A stretch of DNA of 64,000 nucleotides from a virus. The first letter of the stretch is position 1; each line of letters starts with the position of its first letter. The stretch spans positions 96,001 through 160,000 of the IMG/VR virus record IMGVR_UViG_3300017818_000007; one strand, 5' to 3'. The notes beneath the pieces are model-generated. The model was given only the letters and a program-made list of their open reading frames with translations. It did not search any database and was not told the DNA's origin. Below, piece by piece: positions 7,371-17,945 of this stretch. The position numbers and the translations under genes are program-made.

Positions 7371-9144
7371 TTACAACCTCTGTGTCTGTTTCATAACTTG
7401 TGAAGCCGTTTTCTTTTATAACTTTTAATATAGTGTTAACACGAGAACTTAGTTCGTCTTTATGTGAAATCAAATAGATGTTTTTATGACGTTCACGTGC
7501 CATTTTCTTAAGAATACCAATTGAACTTTCAACACCAGCACTGTCCATACCACTATCAATAAGTTCGTCAATAAACAGCAAATTAATGCTTTGATATAGG
7601 CTTTCCCAAACATCACGGAACGCCCAACTCATTGATAAGATGAGTCTATTTCGTTCACCTCTACTGAGGTTATCAAAGTCTAAGTCACGTCCTAGTTCTG
7701 TAATTTCTACCGTTAAATCGTTTAAAAACTTAACTTGATGTGGTAAACCAGTCTTATCAAGATAGTATTTTAATCGTTGATTTAACACAGTAAGGTTTTG
7801 ATCAATAATACGTTTACGTATAAATGAATCTTTACTTGTAAGCAACTTGTACAAGAAATCCATATGTGCTTTCATGTTTTGTAGATCATTCATGTGATCC
7901 CAACTGACTTCTTTTATTGCTGTATTTGTTAGTTCATCCATTTGTTCTGTGTATGGATTAACTTCTGTATCTTTTTCTTTTTTACGTTCTTCTAGTGTTG
8001 TGAGATTGTTTCTATGATTATATGCTTCTTCTGCACTGTCATAAAACGTTTTAGGCTTACTGCTAAGTTCGCCAATATCCGTAATCTTTTTAACAACATC
8101 ATCTAGTTGTAGTTGTACACCATCAAGATACTGTTTGCTTTCTTTTACATCGTTTTCTTTTTCTGCAAGTAAATCTGCATGAGTATCGTCGTGTAAATCT
8201 TGTCCGCAAGTAAAACATTTTTTACTGCCAATATCTTCTAGTTCTTTTTGATATTTTTTAGTTTCACGTTCAGCACGTAAGATACTTGCTTCTAAACTTG
8301 CTTTTTCTTTTTGAAGATTAGTAAGTTCAGTGTTTTTAGTATCCCACTCTGCTAAATCGTTGTGTGCTTGAATTTCAGCCTCAATATCAACTTGAACTAG
8401 TTGCATAATTGCTTTACTCAAACGAGAAATTTCTTCTGCCTGAGAAGCGTCCCAAGCCTTGCTTTTTAATTCAAGGGCATTAATAGATTCTTGTACAGCC
8501 TTGTTAGCACTTTCAATTCCTTTAATACGAGCATCTTCTTCAGTAATACTATCACGGACTTCTTTTTGTTGCTCCTTGAGGTTTTCTGCTTTCTCTGACA
8601 GAATGGTGATACCTAACAACTGTTCAATAATTTCGCGTTGTGCGTTATTACTGAGAGATAGGAAAGGCTCTGTATATGTGTTAAGTGCCACCAAGTGTTT
8701 GAACATACCGTGACTCATGTCCAAAAGACGTTCTATTTCTTGCTGTGTTTTGCGTGAATCGCCTTGCGACTCGTCAATATCATCAGCAGTTGCATCAACA
8801 TCTTCAACGTAAAACTTTAATACATTCTTTTTACGTCCACGTTCAATTCTATATGTTTTACCACCTTTTTCAAACTCAACTGTGACAAGCATATCCTTGC
8901 CGTTAGTTTTGTTAATAAGGTTTTCTTTTCTAATTTTTGTTAATGCTTCGCCATACAATGCATAACTTAACGCATTAATAATTGTTGTTTTACCTGTACC
9001 GTTTCTAGAACCTGCGTCATCGCCGCCTAGGTCCATATTTTCACCTAGCACAAGGGTTAGTAAATTTTTATCAAAATCTACTGCTTGTGTAGCATTACCT
9101 ACACTCATAAAGTTTTTAACTGTAAGTGTTTTAATTTTAAACAT
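7363..9144 (-). CDS. gp46: Recombination endonuclease ATPase subunit (T4 gp46 / SbcC / Rad50-like)
   Basis: Walker A NGTGKTT, coiled coil with CFTCGQ zinc hook, LSRGE signature, Walker B LFIDE, ISH. Confidence 0.95.
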   Translation of the reverse strand: MFKIKTLTVKNFMSVGNATQAVDFDKNLLTLVLGENMDLGGDDAGSRNGTGKTTIINALSYALYGEALTKIRKENLINKTNGKDMLVTVEFEKGGKTYRIERGRKKNVLKFYVEDVDATADDIDESQGDSRKTQQEIERLLDMSHGMFKHLVALNTYTEPFLSLSNNAQREIIEQLLGITILSEKAENLKEQQKEVRDSITEEDARIKGIESANKAVQESINALELKSKAWDASQAEEISRLSKAIMQLVQVDIEAEIQAHNDLAEWDTKNTELTNLQKEKASLEASILRAERETKKYQKELEDIGSKKCFTCGQDLHDDTHADLLAEKENDVKESKQYLDGVQLQLDDVVKKITDIGELSSKPKTFYDSAEEAYNHRNNLTTLEERKKEKDTEVNPYTEQMDELTNTAIKEVSWDHMNDLQNMKAHMDFLYKLLTSKDSFIRKRIIDQNLTVLNQRLKYYLDKTGLPHQVKFLNDLTVEITELGRDLDFDNLSRGERNRLILSMSWAFRDVWESLYQSINLLFIDELIDSGMDSAGVESSIGILKKMARERHKNIYLISHKDELSSRVNTILKVIKENGFTSYETDTEVVNG

Positions 9145-10169
9145 TATAAGTTCCTATAGATATCTAAAAGTGTACTAGGTCGATACTGCTCACTTTGAAT
9201 TTTTGTTATTTGGTCAGTCACGATTTGATCAACACTTTCAAACTCTATTTCACCACGTTCAAGTGTTAGTGCTTCGTCATTTTCTTCTGTATTTGGAAGT
9301 AAACTTATTTCTCTAATGTCGTATTGTTTGGTAAAGTTTTCTTTAATAAAGTTTGCTTCTTCATACGAAATATCGATATCAAGTACAACACGCAAATATA
9401 AGTTTGAAGGTTTAAGTATTGATTCAGTTTCGTTTAGTAGTTGACTTAATTTAACTGTACGATACTTAGGACATTCTGGCCAATCAATAAACTGAGGTTG
9501 ACCGTCCCATTCCAAAATCATCATACCACGTTCGTCATCCCAAGCATCGGCGTAATTGTGTGGAAAGGCATTGCCAATGTAGTAGATGTTATTGTTATGC
9601 TGACGCTTATGGAAGTGTCCTGTAAAAACTAGTTCTTGATTTTGAAAATCACTTGCTCTTACTTCTCCTGTGTCAGGCATTTCAACCATAGCATTCATTT
9701 TGAAATGAGGCAGTTCAAAGTGTCCAAACATATATTTGCACTTCATTTTTACTATGTTTTTCCATTCGTCGCCAACCATCCAAGGCACTAATCCTACATC
9801 TTTAATAATAGTAGGTTCGTTAATAACCTTAACACCAGGAACGTGCTTACCAAATACTACAGAATGAACATCTCGCTTATCTTTATAGTATAAATCGTGG
9901 TTGCCTGGAAAAAAGTAAAACTCTTTAAATGCTTTACCAAGTTTTTCAAGTGAACGTAAACTTGCATCCATTGTGGTTAAATTTAACGCACTTCTGTTGT
10001 GATGCCAGTCACCTGTAAAAATTCCAACGTCACAGTTGTTTTCTTTGGCTTGTTCAATAAACCAATCTACAAATTTTTCACAGTCACTATTGTGTATTCG
10101 GCTGTTTGATTTAAGTCCAAAATGAATGTCCGTAAATACAGCCGCTTTTTTAAATAATTGCTCTGTCAT
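9144..10169 (-). CDS. gp47: Recombination endonuclease nuclease subunit (T4 gp47 / SbcD / Mre11-like)
   Basis: Metallophosphoesterase motifs DIHFG, GDWHH, GNHD, GHFE, GHFH. Confidence 0.95.
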   Translation of the reverse strand: MTEQLFKKAAVFTDIHFGLKSNSRIHNSDCEKFVDWFIEQAKENNCDVGIFTGDWHHNRSALNLTTMDASLRSLEKLGKAFKEFYFFPGNHDLYYKDKRDVHSVVFGKHVPGVKVINEPTIIKDVGLVPWMVGDEWKNIVKMKCKYMFGHFELPHFKMNAMVEMPDTGEVRASDFQNQELVFTGHFHKRQHNNNIYYIGNAFPHNYADAWDDERGMMILEWDGQPQFIDWPECPKYRTVKLSQLLNETESILKPSNLYLRVVLDIDISYEEANFIKENFTKQYDIREISLLPNTEENDEALTLERGEIEFESVDQIVTDQITKIQSEQYRPSTLLDIYRNL

Positions 10170-10194
10170 GCCTTTCCTTAATACTAATCTACAT

Positions 10195-10224
10195 ATTATA
10201 CGAGAATTAGTAGTAGTTTGTCAA
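10195..10224 (-). promoter_or_regulatory. Host sigma70-type promoter for gp47/gp46
   Basis: TTGACA-18 nt-TATAAT on - strand. Confidence 0.7.
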
Positions 10225-10226
10225 CC

Positions 10227-11078
10227 TTAATAGTCCGCTTTTGGACGTCTCATATTTTTATAGAACTCTGCTAATTTTTCTTTATCTTCTTTGAACACTT
10301 CTTGATTCTGTCTTGTAAACGATGGATTAAGTCCGTTTTCTTGCAAGATGTCATCACGAATGTTTTGATTCTTTTTCTCAATGTTTAGTACTCTTGTAAA
10401 TGAATTAGTCACTGCCGCAGTGTAATAAGCAAACGGATTTAAACTTTTGCTTTCGTCAAACTGTAAACCAATTTGTGAAAGTTGTAGTACCGCTTGTGCT
10501 CTCATCTCGTCATTATAAGTGTATCCACGCCAATTGCTTCGTGTACCATACCGATCAGCAAGTTTAAGGAACATACGTCCTAGATCTTCAGTCATACGTC
10601 CGTGATCCTTACTAAAGTGTCCGTTTAACATTCCACCCTGCCAATGGCTTTTACCTACACAAATCAAGTTATCGTTTTCGTCATACTTCCAATGCTGGAA
10701 TGGTGGAAAGTTAACTTTAGTGTGTTCGTCTGCAATAGTTTTTGTTTTGCGTTTACGTCCTGGTTCTTCAGGAATATGATCAAATGTCATAATTCTAAAG
10801 ATTAATTCTGTTTTTTCAATTTTTTTCCAATCAGGCAAACATTCTGCTTGTTTTACCTTTTTCTTTTGTTCTTTTGCTAGTTCATATGCCGCTTTACCAA
10901 TTCTGTCTGCACGATTGCGTTTTGCTTGTGCAACAGTTAGTCTATTAACTTTGTCTAAACTAGGCAAAATAATGTCGTGTTGTGCATATTCATCTTCAAC
11001 AAACGAACAGAAGGAAACCTTGCTTCTATGGATCTCTGCTAGTAGATCTTTGTTAGTTAGATATTTCGTTCTTTTCAT
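10227..11078 (-). CDS. gp55: Late-transcription sigma factor (T4 gp55-like) with N-terminal extension
   Basis: YTYNDEM...FDESKSLNPFAYYT...NSFTRVLNIEKKNQ matches the gp55 core; next to gp47/gp46 as in T4-like phages. Confidence 0.85.
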   Translation of the reverse strand: MKRTKYLTNKDLLAEIHRSKVSFCSFVEDEYAQHDIILPSLDKVNRLTVAQAKRNRADRIGKAAYELAKEQKKKVKQAECLPDWKKIEKTELIFRIMTFDHIPEEPGRKRKTKTIADEHTKVNFPPFQHWKYDENDNLICVGKSHWQGGMLNGHFSKDHGRMTEDLGRMFLKLADRYGTRSNWRGYTYNDEMRAQAVLQLSQIGLQFDESKSLNPFAYYTAAVTNSFTRVLNIEKKNQNIRDDILQENGLNPSFTRQNQEVFKEDKEKLAEFYKNMRRPKADY

Positions 11079-11107
11079 TAGATTCTCCGATTAATATAAG
11101 TATTATA

Positions 11108-11119
11108 AACTACGTAGTT
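11108..11119. promoter_or_regulatory. Perfect 12-bp palindrome AACTACGTAGTT (operator-like) in divergent promoter region
   Basis: Direct reading; TAAATA at 11131-11136 lies 11 nt downstream. Confidence 0.55.
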
Positions 11120-11163
11120 AAAAAAAGCAATAAATATTATAAAGAAAAGGAACCAAAATAGAT

Positions 11164-11967
11164 ATGGCTGGAAGTACTAACGCAAATAGTTTTGTAGACA
11201 AGATCGGAAGTTTCGGTAGCAAGTTTGTAAAAAATGCCGCCCAAGCAACCGGTATTGGCCAAAACCCTGGAGCAGTAAAAGGTTTAACTGCATTAATTGG
11301 TGATGGCGCCGCAAAGCGGTTAGGGTTTGATTTAGCAAAAGGAGGCAATGCTCCGTACGCTGAAATTCCGTCTACACATTTAGCAACTATTGATAATAGA
11401 GTCAAAATAAAAATTCACGAACCATACTTAAAAGGTCCTGCTGAGAAACTTGTAAGTTTAGGTGGAGTAGTATTTCCATACACGCCACAAATTGTTGTCA
11501 CAACAAGAGCAAATTACAGTCCTATTCATCCTACACATAGTAATTATCAGTTCCAAGCATACCAGAACTCAAGTTTGGATTCTATTTCTGTTGTAGGAAC
11601 ATTTACAGCACAAAACACGGGAGAAGCAGAAATGCTATTAGGTAGCATTCATGCATTACGCACAGTGACCAAAATGCACTTTGGCGGCGGCTCTTATGTT
11701 GGCGCACCACCACCAGTTGTAAGACTTTCTGGTTATGGCGAATATATGTTTAACGATATGCCTGTTGTAATAGGAAACTTTTTCTATACATTAAACGAAG
11801 ATGTTGATTACATTGATGTAATGACAACAAGCGGAGCAAAAACAACTGTGCCAACTAGAGCAGAGTTTACAGTTGAATGTTTACCTGCATTCTCAAGAAG
11901 AGATCAAGCAAGTTTCAGTTTAGATGCTTATGCAAAAGGTGACATGAGATTTAAAGGAATGATATAA
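11164..11967 (+). CDS. Baseplate / tail-tube initiator-like virion protein (gp48/gp54-like)
   Basis: GGVVFPYTPQI, HSNY..AYQNS, GAPPPVVRLSGYG motifs; first gene of the baseplate operon. Confidence 0.55.
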   Translation: MAGSTNANSFVDKIGSFGSKFVKNAAQATGIGQNPGAVKGLTALIGDGAAKRLGFDLAKGGNAPYAEIPSTHLATIDNRVKIKIHEPYLKGPAEKLVSLGGVVFPYTPQIVVTTRANYSPIHPTHSNYQFQAYQNSSLDSISVVGTFTAQNTGEAEMLLGSIHALRTVTKMHFGGGSYVGAPPPVVRLSGYGEYMFNDMPVVIGNFFYTLNEDVDYIDVMTTSGAKTTVPTRAEFTVECLPAFSRRDQASFSLDAYAKGDMRFKGMI

Positions 11968-12260
11968 TGTATAACGCTTCTAGTCTTTATGGTACAACAC
12001 AAATAACAGAAAATGGTTTAGGTTTTTTAGACTATAGAAAAATTCCTGAAGTTGTAAGCGATATAAAATATATTATTAAACCGCAGTATAATTATCGTCC
12101 TGATTTGTTAGCCAGCGATTTGTATGATGATCCTAACCTATGGTGGGTGTTCAAATCAAGGAACCCTAATGTTTTAGAAGATCCTATCTTTGATTTTGTT
12201 GCTGGAGTAGAAATACAAATTCCAAATATTAGCACGATTAAAACTGTCCTAGGAGTTTAA
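11967..12260 (+). CDS. Baseplate wedge LysM-like protein (gp53-like)
   Basis: YRPDLLASDLYDDPNLWWVF..RN...L.DP, typical gp53/LysM. Confidence 0.75.
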   Translation: MYNASSLYGTTQITENGLGFLDYRKIPEVVSDIKYIIKPQYNYRPDLLASDLYDDPNLWWVFKSRNPNVLEDPIFDFVAGVEIQIPNISTIKTVLGV

Positions 12261-12262
12261 TT

Positions 12263-15200
12263 ATGGCAGGATTTATTGACGAGGTTGGCAGAAATCATAA
12301 CCCCGGTGGAGGCACGGTTAAAGAAAACACCGATGCTGTTTCTAATGGAAAAACTAATCCTAATGCAGTCAGCGGTATGGAAGACGAATATGAAGAGGAT
12401 TTTTTTGGTGAAGACCAAGCGTTCATTAATGAAATTGAAGCCGAGTGGAGAAACGACGATCGCTTAGAATCATTTTATAACGGCAAAAACCCTAACATTT
12501 TACACGACTATAATTCTTACAACTATATTTTTACCCTTGCAAGTTTAACAATGGCGGATCTAAAAGATCCAACAAAGTATAAAAACAATAGTGGCGGCAT
12601 TGAATCACAAAACAGTTATATTGTTTTAAGATCAGGAGGGTTTGAAAGATTAAATGGAATTAGTTCTGCTAATTTTTATAAGAATGTTTACGGTGAAGAT
12701 TCGTTATCGGACTTTGGCGGACCTTCAGCAATGGTTAGCCGAAAAACCCAAGAAGCGGCGGCTGGCAGTGGCACTGCTGGATTCAAAGGATTTAAAGAAG
12801 GAGGCGCCAGAAATAAAGACCTTTTTATCGATAATGTTAATATGAACTGCACAATGGACCTAGGCGCAAATGGTAGCGGAAACCTAACAACAGGAAGTTT
12901 TGAAATTACAGAACCATACAGTGTTGGAGGTTTTTATGAGGAGTTATACAATGCATCAAGATTTGCCGGCCATGAACATTATTTAGGTGCACCATTCCTT
13001 TTAACACTTTCTTTTGTAGGACACAGGTTTGAAGAGGGCGATTTAATTACAGAAGTTATTCCTCGTGCAACAAGATATTTTCCTATTTTAATAACAACTA
13101 GTTCTATGAACGTCACCGAAGCAGGCTCAAAATATAAAGTAGAGTTTACGGCGATAAACGCTCATGCAAATAAAACTATTGTAAACAAATTACCAGCAAA
13201 CATAGTTGGCCCAAAACAATCTAAGCCAACAGTTGCAAGTGTACTGTTAACGCTGTTTAAAGGTATTAATGCTAATCTTCAATTACAAGCCGAAGTCGAA
13301 GCCGATGCAGAAGATAAAGATGCAAAGGTTAAAGAAAATACTGCGGCAAGTTCAGCAAAGATAGAATCAGTAAAAACACAAGGTGGCGAGGTTGCACCGT
13401 TCCAGCATGATAGATATATGATTTGGTTTCCAGAAAAATATGGAACAGGATCTAAAGGAAAGTCAGCACCAACTGCTTTTGACTCAATGTTGGCTGGCAA
13501 ATCCGGTGATGCATATGACTCTTGGAAAACTAATACAGACCAATTTTTAACTAAAGAAGGTCCTGCATCAGACCCACTTAATCAAAAGGATTTTGCAGTA
13601 GCAAACGATTCTTTAATTGTTAAAAATCCTATTGGTGGCTCAAAAATGGTTGCTGGAGAGAAACAAACATTTACTGGGTTTTATGCTGTAAATGATCTTG
13701 ATAAACAACTTGAAGCGGCAGAAGAAGATCGCAAAGCCGCAGAAGAAAAATTAAAAAAAGCAAAATCAGATTTTTTCAACGCTACTAAAAAGGCAGACGG
13801 AGAAAGATTAAAGTTTGAAAAACTTGCCGAAAAGTTTTTTAAATTAAGTCAAGCAGATTTAAAAGCACTATTTCCTGAAGAAGGAGAAGGAGAAGGAACT
13901 CCACAACTTAAACAAACATTAACGTATCAAGACTTTAATGAAATTGATCCCGATGATGCAGATGGGTCGGGGAACGTAAAAGTTGATCCTAATGTTGACC
14001 AATCAAAGATAGATAAACTAAATGAACTTAGACAAAACTGGATGGATGCTGTTGCTAAACAAAACACGGCGCAGGTTGCATTAAAACTAGCAGAAGAAGG
14101 AATTGAAAATGCCGGCAAAGCCAAAGAAACTGTTTATAATACAGAATATATTAGATATGGATCTGATGCTAGAAGTTGGAACTTTAAAAAAGATACTCGA
14201 GTAGATGACAACATTCATAAGGTTATTTTTGATAGCGTTTATGCTACCGAACTTGACGGAGCCGAAGGAGCATTAACAACAGAGTATCAAAAAACAGGAT
14301 ACATTCCGTGGTATAGAATTGAAAAGATAGCACACATTAGAGGCTTTGACACATATAGAAATACAGAAGTGTGGGATTATCACTATATTATTCAACCATT
14401 TAAAGTGCATTACAGTAGTATGCCTTTACCTCAAGATGTGTTTAACTATGATGTTTTAAAACAGTTAGCGGTTAGAGAATACAATTATATCTATACAGGA
14501 AAAAATTTAGATGTATTAAACTTTGATTTAGATTTTAATAACTTGTATCATGCAACAGCATTATATAGAAAACAACAGACTGCTGAAGGATCTCAAGGTA
14601 CAGCATCAGGAGAAAAGACTGATGTTAAACCACCAGAAATTTCTCAAATTTTAAATTATTCAAAGCAAAATCGTGTTGGAGCAAAAAGAACAGCACCGGT
14701 CAATCAAGGATCGTCAACTACACAAACTGCACCAACAGCAAACAACGCAAGTGATACAGCAAAATTTTTACACGATGCAATTTATAGTGGTGTGCATGAA
14801 AAGGGATTAATCTCAGCAGACATAACCATTGTGGGTGATCCTGTTTATCTATTAAGTAGTGGAATTACTAACAGAGCGGCAATTGAAGCGACTGAGTCAG
14901 AAACCGACATTGGTGAAATAAACTGTTTTAGTAGAGAAGGTGATGTTATTTTTAGATTTGGTACAGCAGAAGATAATCCAACTTGGGATGAAATACAAGG
15001 CGGCGAAAGCACTATGTTTTTAGACGAAAGTGTTTATAGTGGAGCATATAAAGTTATTCAAGTTGATAGTACCTTTTCCGGTGGACAATTTACACAACGA
15101 CTTTCAACATACAGAAGACCCAATCAAGCAACTGACTATGCAGAAAAACGAGAGGCAAGACCGGTTGTCACTGCACCAAAAGTAGATCCAAAACACGCAC

Positions 15201-15601
15201 CGTCAAGTGAAGAAAACTTAGAAAAAATGAAAAAGGCTCCTGTTAAAAAGTTAAGTGAAGAAGATCTTAAAAATTTAAGTATACACGGTCCAGGAGCATT
15301 ACCTGGAATTAGTCAACAAGCACAAGTAGAAATACCATCATCTGCTCTTGGTTTGCAACCAAATGCATTAGGTGGAAGTGTGTTTGCTAGTGTTGCAGAG
15401 GCACAAGAGATTGGAGCATCTTTAAATGCTGGAACTTTTAATGCGGCAAACTTTGTTCCTGAATCTGCACAAAAAGCAATTGAAACAAATAAATCTATTG
15501 GTACTAATGTGTCAACAGGCGAAACATTCTTTAGTAGTGTAAGCAAAGGTATTAGTTCAGTAGGACAATCGGTGAGCAACTTTTTAGGATTTGGTGATTA
15601 A
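12263..15601 (+). CDS. Large baseplate hub protein (gp27-like, with long insertions)
   Basis: 1112 aa between gp53-like and gp5-like genes; C-terminal ADITIVGDP...YSGAYKVIQVDSTFSGGQFTQRL hub-like motif. Confidence 0.5.
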   Translation: MAGFIDEVGRNHNPGGGTVKENTDAVSNGKTNPNAVSGMEDEYEEDFFGEDQAFINEIEAEWRNDDRLESFYNGKNPNILHDYNSYNYIFTLASLTMADLKDPTKYKNNSGGIESQNSYIVLRSGGFERLNGISSANFYKNVYGEDSLSDFGGPSAMVSRKTQEAAAGSGTAGFKGFKEGGARNKDLFIDNVNMNCTMDLGANGSGNLTTGSFEITEPYSVGGFYEELYNASRFAGHEHYLGAPFLLTLSFVGHRFEEGDLITEVIPRATRYFPILITTSSMNVTEAGSKYKVEFTAINAHANKTIVNKLPANIVGPKQSKPTVASVLLTLFKGINANLQLQAEVEADAEDKDAKVKENTAASSAKIESVKTQGGEVAPFQHDRYMIWFPEKYGTGSKGKSAPTAFDSMLAGKSGDAYDSWKTNTDQFLTKEGPASDPLNQKDFAVANDSLIVKNPIGGSKMVAGEKQTFTGFYAVNDLDKQLEAAEEDRKAAEEKLKKAKSDFFNATKKADGERLKFEKLAEKFFKLSQADLKALFPEEGEGEGTPQLKQTLTYQDFNEIDPDDADGSGNVKVDPNVDQSKIDKLNELRQNWMDAVAKQNTAQVALKLAEEGIENAGKAKETVYNTEYIRYGSDARSWNFKKDTRVDDNIHKVIFDSVYATELDGAEGALTTEYQKTGYIPWYRIEKIAHIRGFDTYRNTEVWDYHYIIQPFKVHYSSMPLPQDVFNYDVLKQLAVREYNYIYTGKNLDVLNFDLDFNNLYHATALYRKQQTAEGSQGTASGEKTDVKPPEISQILNYSKQNRVGAKRTAPVNQGSSTTQTAPTANNASDTAKFLHDAIYSGVHEKGLISADITIVGDPVYLLSSGITNRAAIEATESETDIGEINCFSREGDVIFRFGTAEDNPTWDEIQGGESTMFLDESVYSGAYKVIQVDSTFSGGQFTQRLSTYRRPNQATDYAEKREARPVVTAPKVDPKHAPSSEENLEKMKKAPVKKLSEEDLKNLSIHGPGALPGISQQAQVEIPSSALGLQPNALGGSVFASVAEAQEIGASLNAGTFNAANFVPESAQKAIETNKSIGTNVSTGETFFSSVSKGISSVGQSVSNFLGFGD

Positions 15602-15603
15602 TA

Positions 15604-17463
15604 ATGGCAATTTTTAACAAACAACTTAAATCAGGAGGACAGTCAAGCAGTGAACGCTCTGAAAAGATGTCCCAGGCTTCGGGCGGTATTGGCCCGTATC
15701 TAGCAGTTGTTGAATCTAACAGTGATTATACAAAGCATGGTCAACTATCAGTGACATTGCTTGGAAATCAAGACGATCAAAGAAGTATTACCAATAACAG
15801 AGTCAACTGTAGAATATTATTGCCGTATTATAGTGTTAAGGATTATGTTAATGGAGGGAAAGATCCTCAAAGTTTTGAACACGCACAGCAATCGCATGGT
15901 ATGATATTTCCTGCTCCACAAGTAGGAACAAAAGGTTTAGTAATACTAGTAAACAAAAACATTGAAGAAGCAATATGGCTTGGTGCAGTTGTAGAACCAG
16001 AGATGAATCATAGTATTCCAGAGCCTGCGGCAAAAACAGATATTGCGGCAACAGATGATAGGTACAATGAATTATCACCTGGTGAATATGGTTTACCTGT
16101 AGAAAATTTTGTTAAAGCCGCTTTTATAGGACAAGCACCTTCTACTAAAATTAAACATCCAATTCATCCTCTAGCAGATGTATTAAAAGCACAAGGCCTA
16201 CTGGCTGATAACATTCGTGGTTTATCAAGTAGTAGTGCTAGACGAGATAATATTAATCAAATATTTGGAATTAAAACACCAGGTAGGTACACTGGAGAAA
16301 CAAAAATTGTTGGTGCTGAAAAAGCAAAATCAAAAGTGACACAACCAGGTGGCCACGCATTTGTAATGGATGATGGCGACGGCCTAGGTAAAAATAATTT
16401 AATTAGATTAAGAACTAAAGCCGGACATCAGATACTTTTACACGACACTGATGATTTAATTTACATTGGAAATTCAAAAGGTACTGCTTGGATTGAACTT
16501 ACATCAGATGGTAAGATGGATGTGTTCTGTGATGACAGTATTAGTATGCGTACTAGAGGTGATTTCAACCTTTATGCTGATAGAGACTTCAACGTAGAAG
16601 CAAAAAGAAACATTAATTTAAAAGCGGCAAATATTTTTAGAACAGAGTCTGATCACCATAGACAGATTGTAAACGGTTCACAAAGAATTATGGTAAAAGG
16701 TAATAGCGATATTAAAACTCTTAATTCTCGCTTTGACACTAATGATTACCAAGTAAACACAAACAATTTAAGTATTGCTAACAGAATTGATACTAAACTT
16801 GAAACAGGAAATTTTGATCTTGCTACAATTTTAGGAACAAGAATTACAGCAGGAACAAGTGTAAACATTAAAGCAAATAGTTCTACTGAAGTTATGGAAA
16901 CATTTGATCCAGCAGAGATCTACAGTAAAGGATATACAACTTCATGGATCAACGACGATGATGAATTGAAATATTATCAAGCATTAAAGAGAACACAAGA
17001 TCCAGATACATTACAACCTATACCGCCAAGTGACACAGACTATTGGGCAGAGTTTCCTGGTCCAGCAAACAAAGCAGGCTCCGCTAATGGACAGATTAAT
17101 ATTTCAACAACAGAGCATGACATTTCAATAGCAACATCAGGCGCTAATGTTAATGTTGAAACAGATAAAGTTGTTTATGTAGATGGTACTGAAGCAGTGC
17201 ATTTAAACTTACCTGGACCTGGTGCAAAACCAACTATTTCTGCAAATGGATCAACACCGGCTCCAAGCAGGCATATTCAGCATATGGGTGTTATTCAGTT
17301 GTGGGAGAAAGAAATTACTTCTAAGTGGGAGAACTTTAACTATTATAGGTCAGCACAGTTTGAAACTATTCTAAAACGTGTTCCAACACACGAACCGTGG
17401 GACGGGCATGAGAATAAAGCACCAAACACCAACAAGAAATCATCAACCGATAGAGAAGTGTAA
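15604..17463 (+). CDS. Baseplate central spike (gp5/VgrG-like)
   Basis: N-terminal OB-fold (GPYLAVV..N.D....GQL.V, HGMIFPAPQVGT), GGHAFVMDDG...IRLRT.AGHQILLHD, beta-helix repeats; no lysozyme domain recognised. Confidence 0.7.
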   Translation: MAIFNKQLKSGGQSSSERSEKMSQASGGIGPYLAVVESNSDYTKHGQLSVTLLGNQDDQRSITNNRVNCRILLPYYSVKDYVNGGKDPQSFEHAQQSHGMIFPAPQVGTKGLVILVNKNIEEAIWLGAVVEPEMNHSIPEPAAKTDIAATDDRYNELSPGEYGLPVENFVKAAFIGQAPSTKIKHPIHPLADVLKAQGLLADNIRGLSSSSARRDNINQIFGIKTPGRYTGETKIVGAEKAKSKVTQPGGHAFVMDDGDGLGKNNLIRLRTKAGHQILLHDTDDLIYIGNSKGTAWIELTSDGKMDVFCDDSISMRTRGDFNLYADRDFNVEAKRNINLKAANIFRTESDHHRQIVNGSQRIMVKGNSDIKTLNSRFDTNDYQVNTNNLSIANRIDTKLETGNFDLATILGTRITAGTSVNIKANSSTEVMETFDPAEIYSKGYTTSWINDDDELKYYQALKRTQDPDTLQPIPPSDTDYWAEFPGPANKAGSANGQINISTTEHDISIATSGANVNVETDKVVYVDGTEAVHLNLPGPGAKPTISANGSTPAPSRHIQHMGVIQLWEKEITSKWENFNYYRSAQFETILKRVPTHEPWDGHENKAPNTNKKSSTDREV

Positions 17464-17466
17464 ATA
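17461..17466 (+). promoter_or_regulatory. Late promoter core TAAATA
   Basis: Overlaps the gp5-like stop codon, 5 nt upstream of the gp25 ATG. Confidence 0.5.
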
Positions 17467-17471
17467 GTATT

Positions 17472-17906
17472 ATGGCAAGATATACGGACATTGTAATTAA
17501 ACCAAACCCAACTAATAAGGGAAACGAACTTAGACGTTCTAATGTCTATCGTGGTGTTAGTACGGTTAATCCACAAAATTCTTCAAATCAAACATACGAC
17601 ATTGAGTTAATAAAACAGGATATAATCAATCACTTCAACATTAGACGAGGTGAAAAGATTTATAATTCAAGATTTGGAACAATTATATGGGACGCTATAT
17701 TTGAACCATTTACAGATGTTCTTAAAGAGCAAATATTAGCCGATGTTAGAAGTATTGTTGATGCAGATCCAAGAGTTAGAGTTGACAGTTTAGCATTGGT
17801 TGAAAGAGAGTACGGACTACAAATTCAGTGTGTTTTGTACTATGTTGAGTTTGATGTTTCTGAAGCATTACAGTTTACTTTTGATAAAGCAAATGCTTTG
17901 GGATAG
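17472..17906 (+). CDS. gp25: Baseplate wedge subunit gp25-like
   Basis: DIELIKQDIINHFNIRRGEK..N..FGTIIWD..FEP...DPRV. Confidence 0.9.
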   Translation: MARYTDIVIKPNPTNKGNELRRSNVYRGVSTVNPQNSSNQTYDIELIKQDIINHFNIRRGEKIYNSRFGTIIWDAIFEPFTDVLKEQILADVRSIVDADPRVRVDSLALVEREYGLQIQCVLYYVEFDVSEALQFTFDKANALG

Positions 17907-17915
17907 AAATAAACC

Positions 17916-17940
17916 ACGCAGTTTATAAGGTGAATAAATA
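17916..17940 (+). promoter_or_regulatory. ACGCAGTT-11 nt-TAAATA late promoter element
   Basis: Same motif and 11-nt spacing as at 11112-11136. Confidence 0.55.
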
Positions 17941-17945
17941 TTGTT

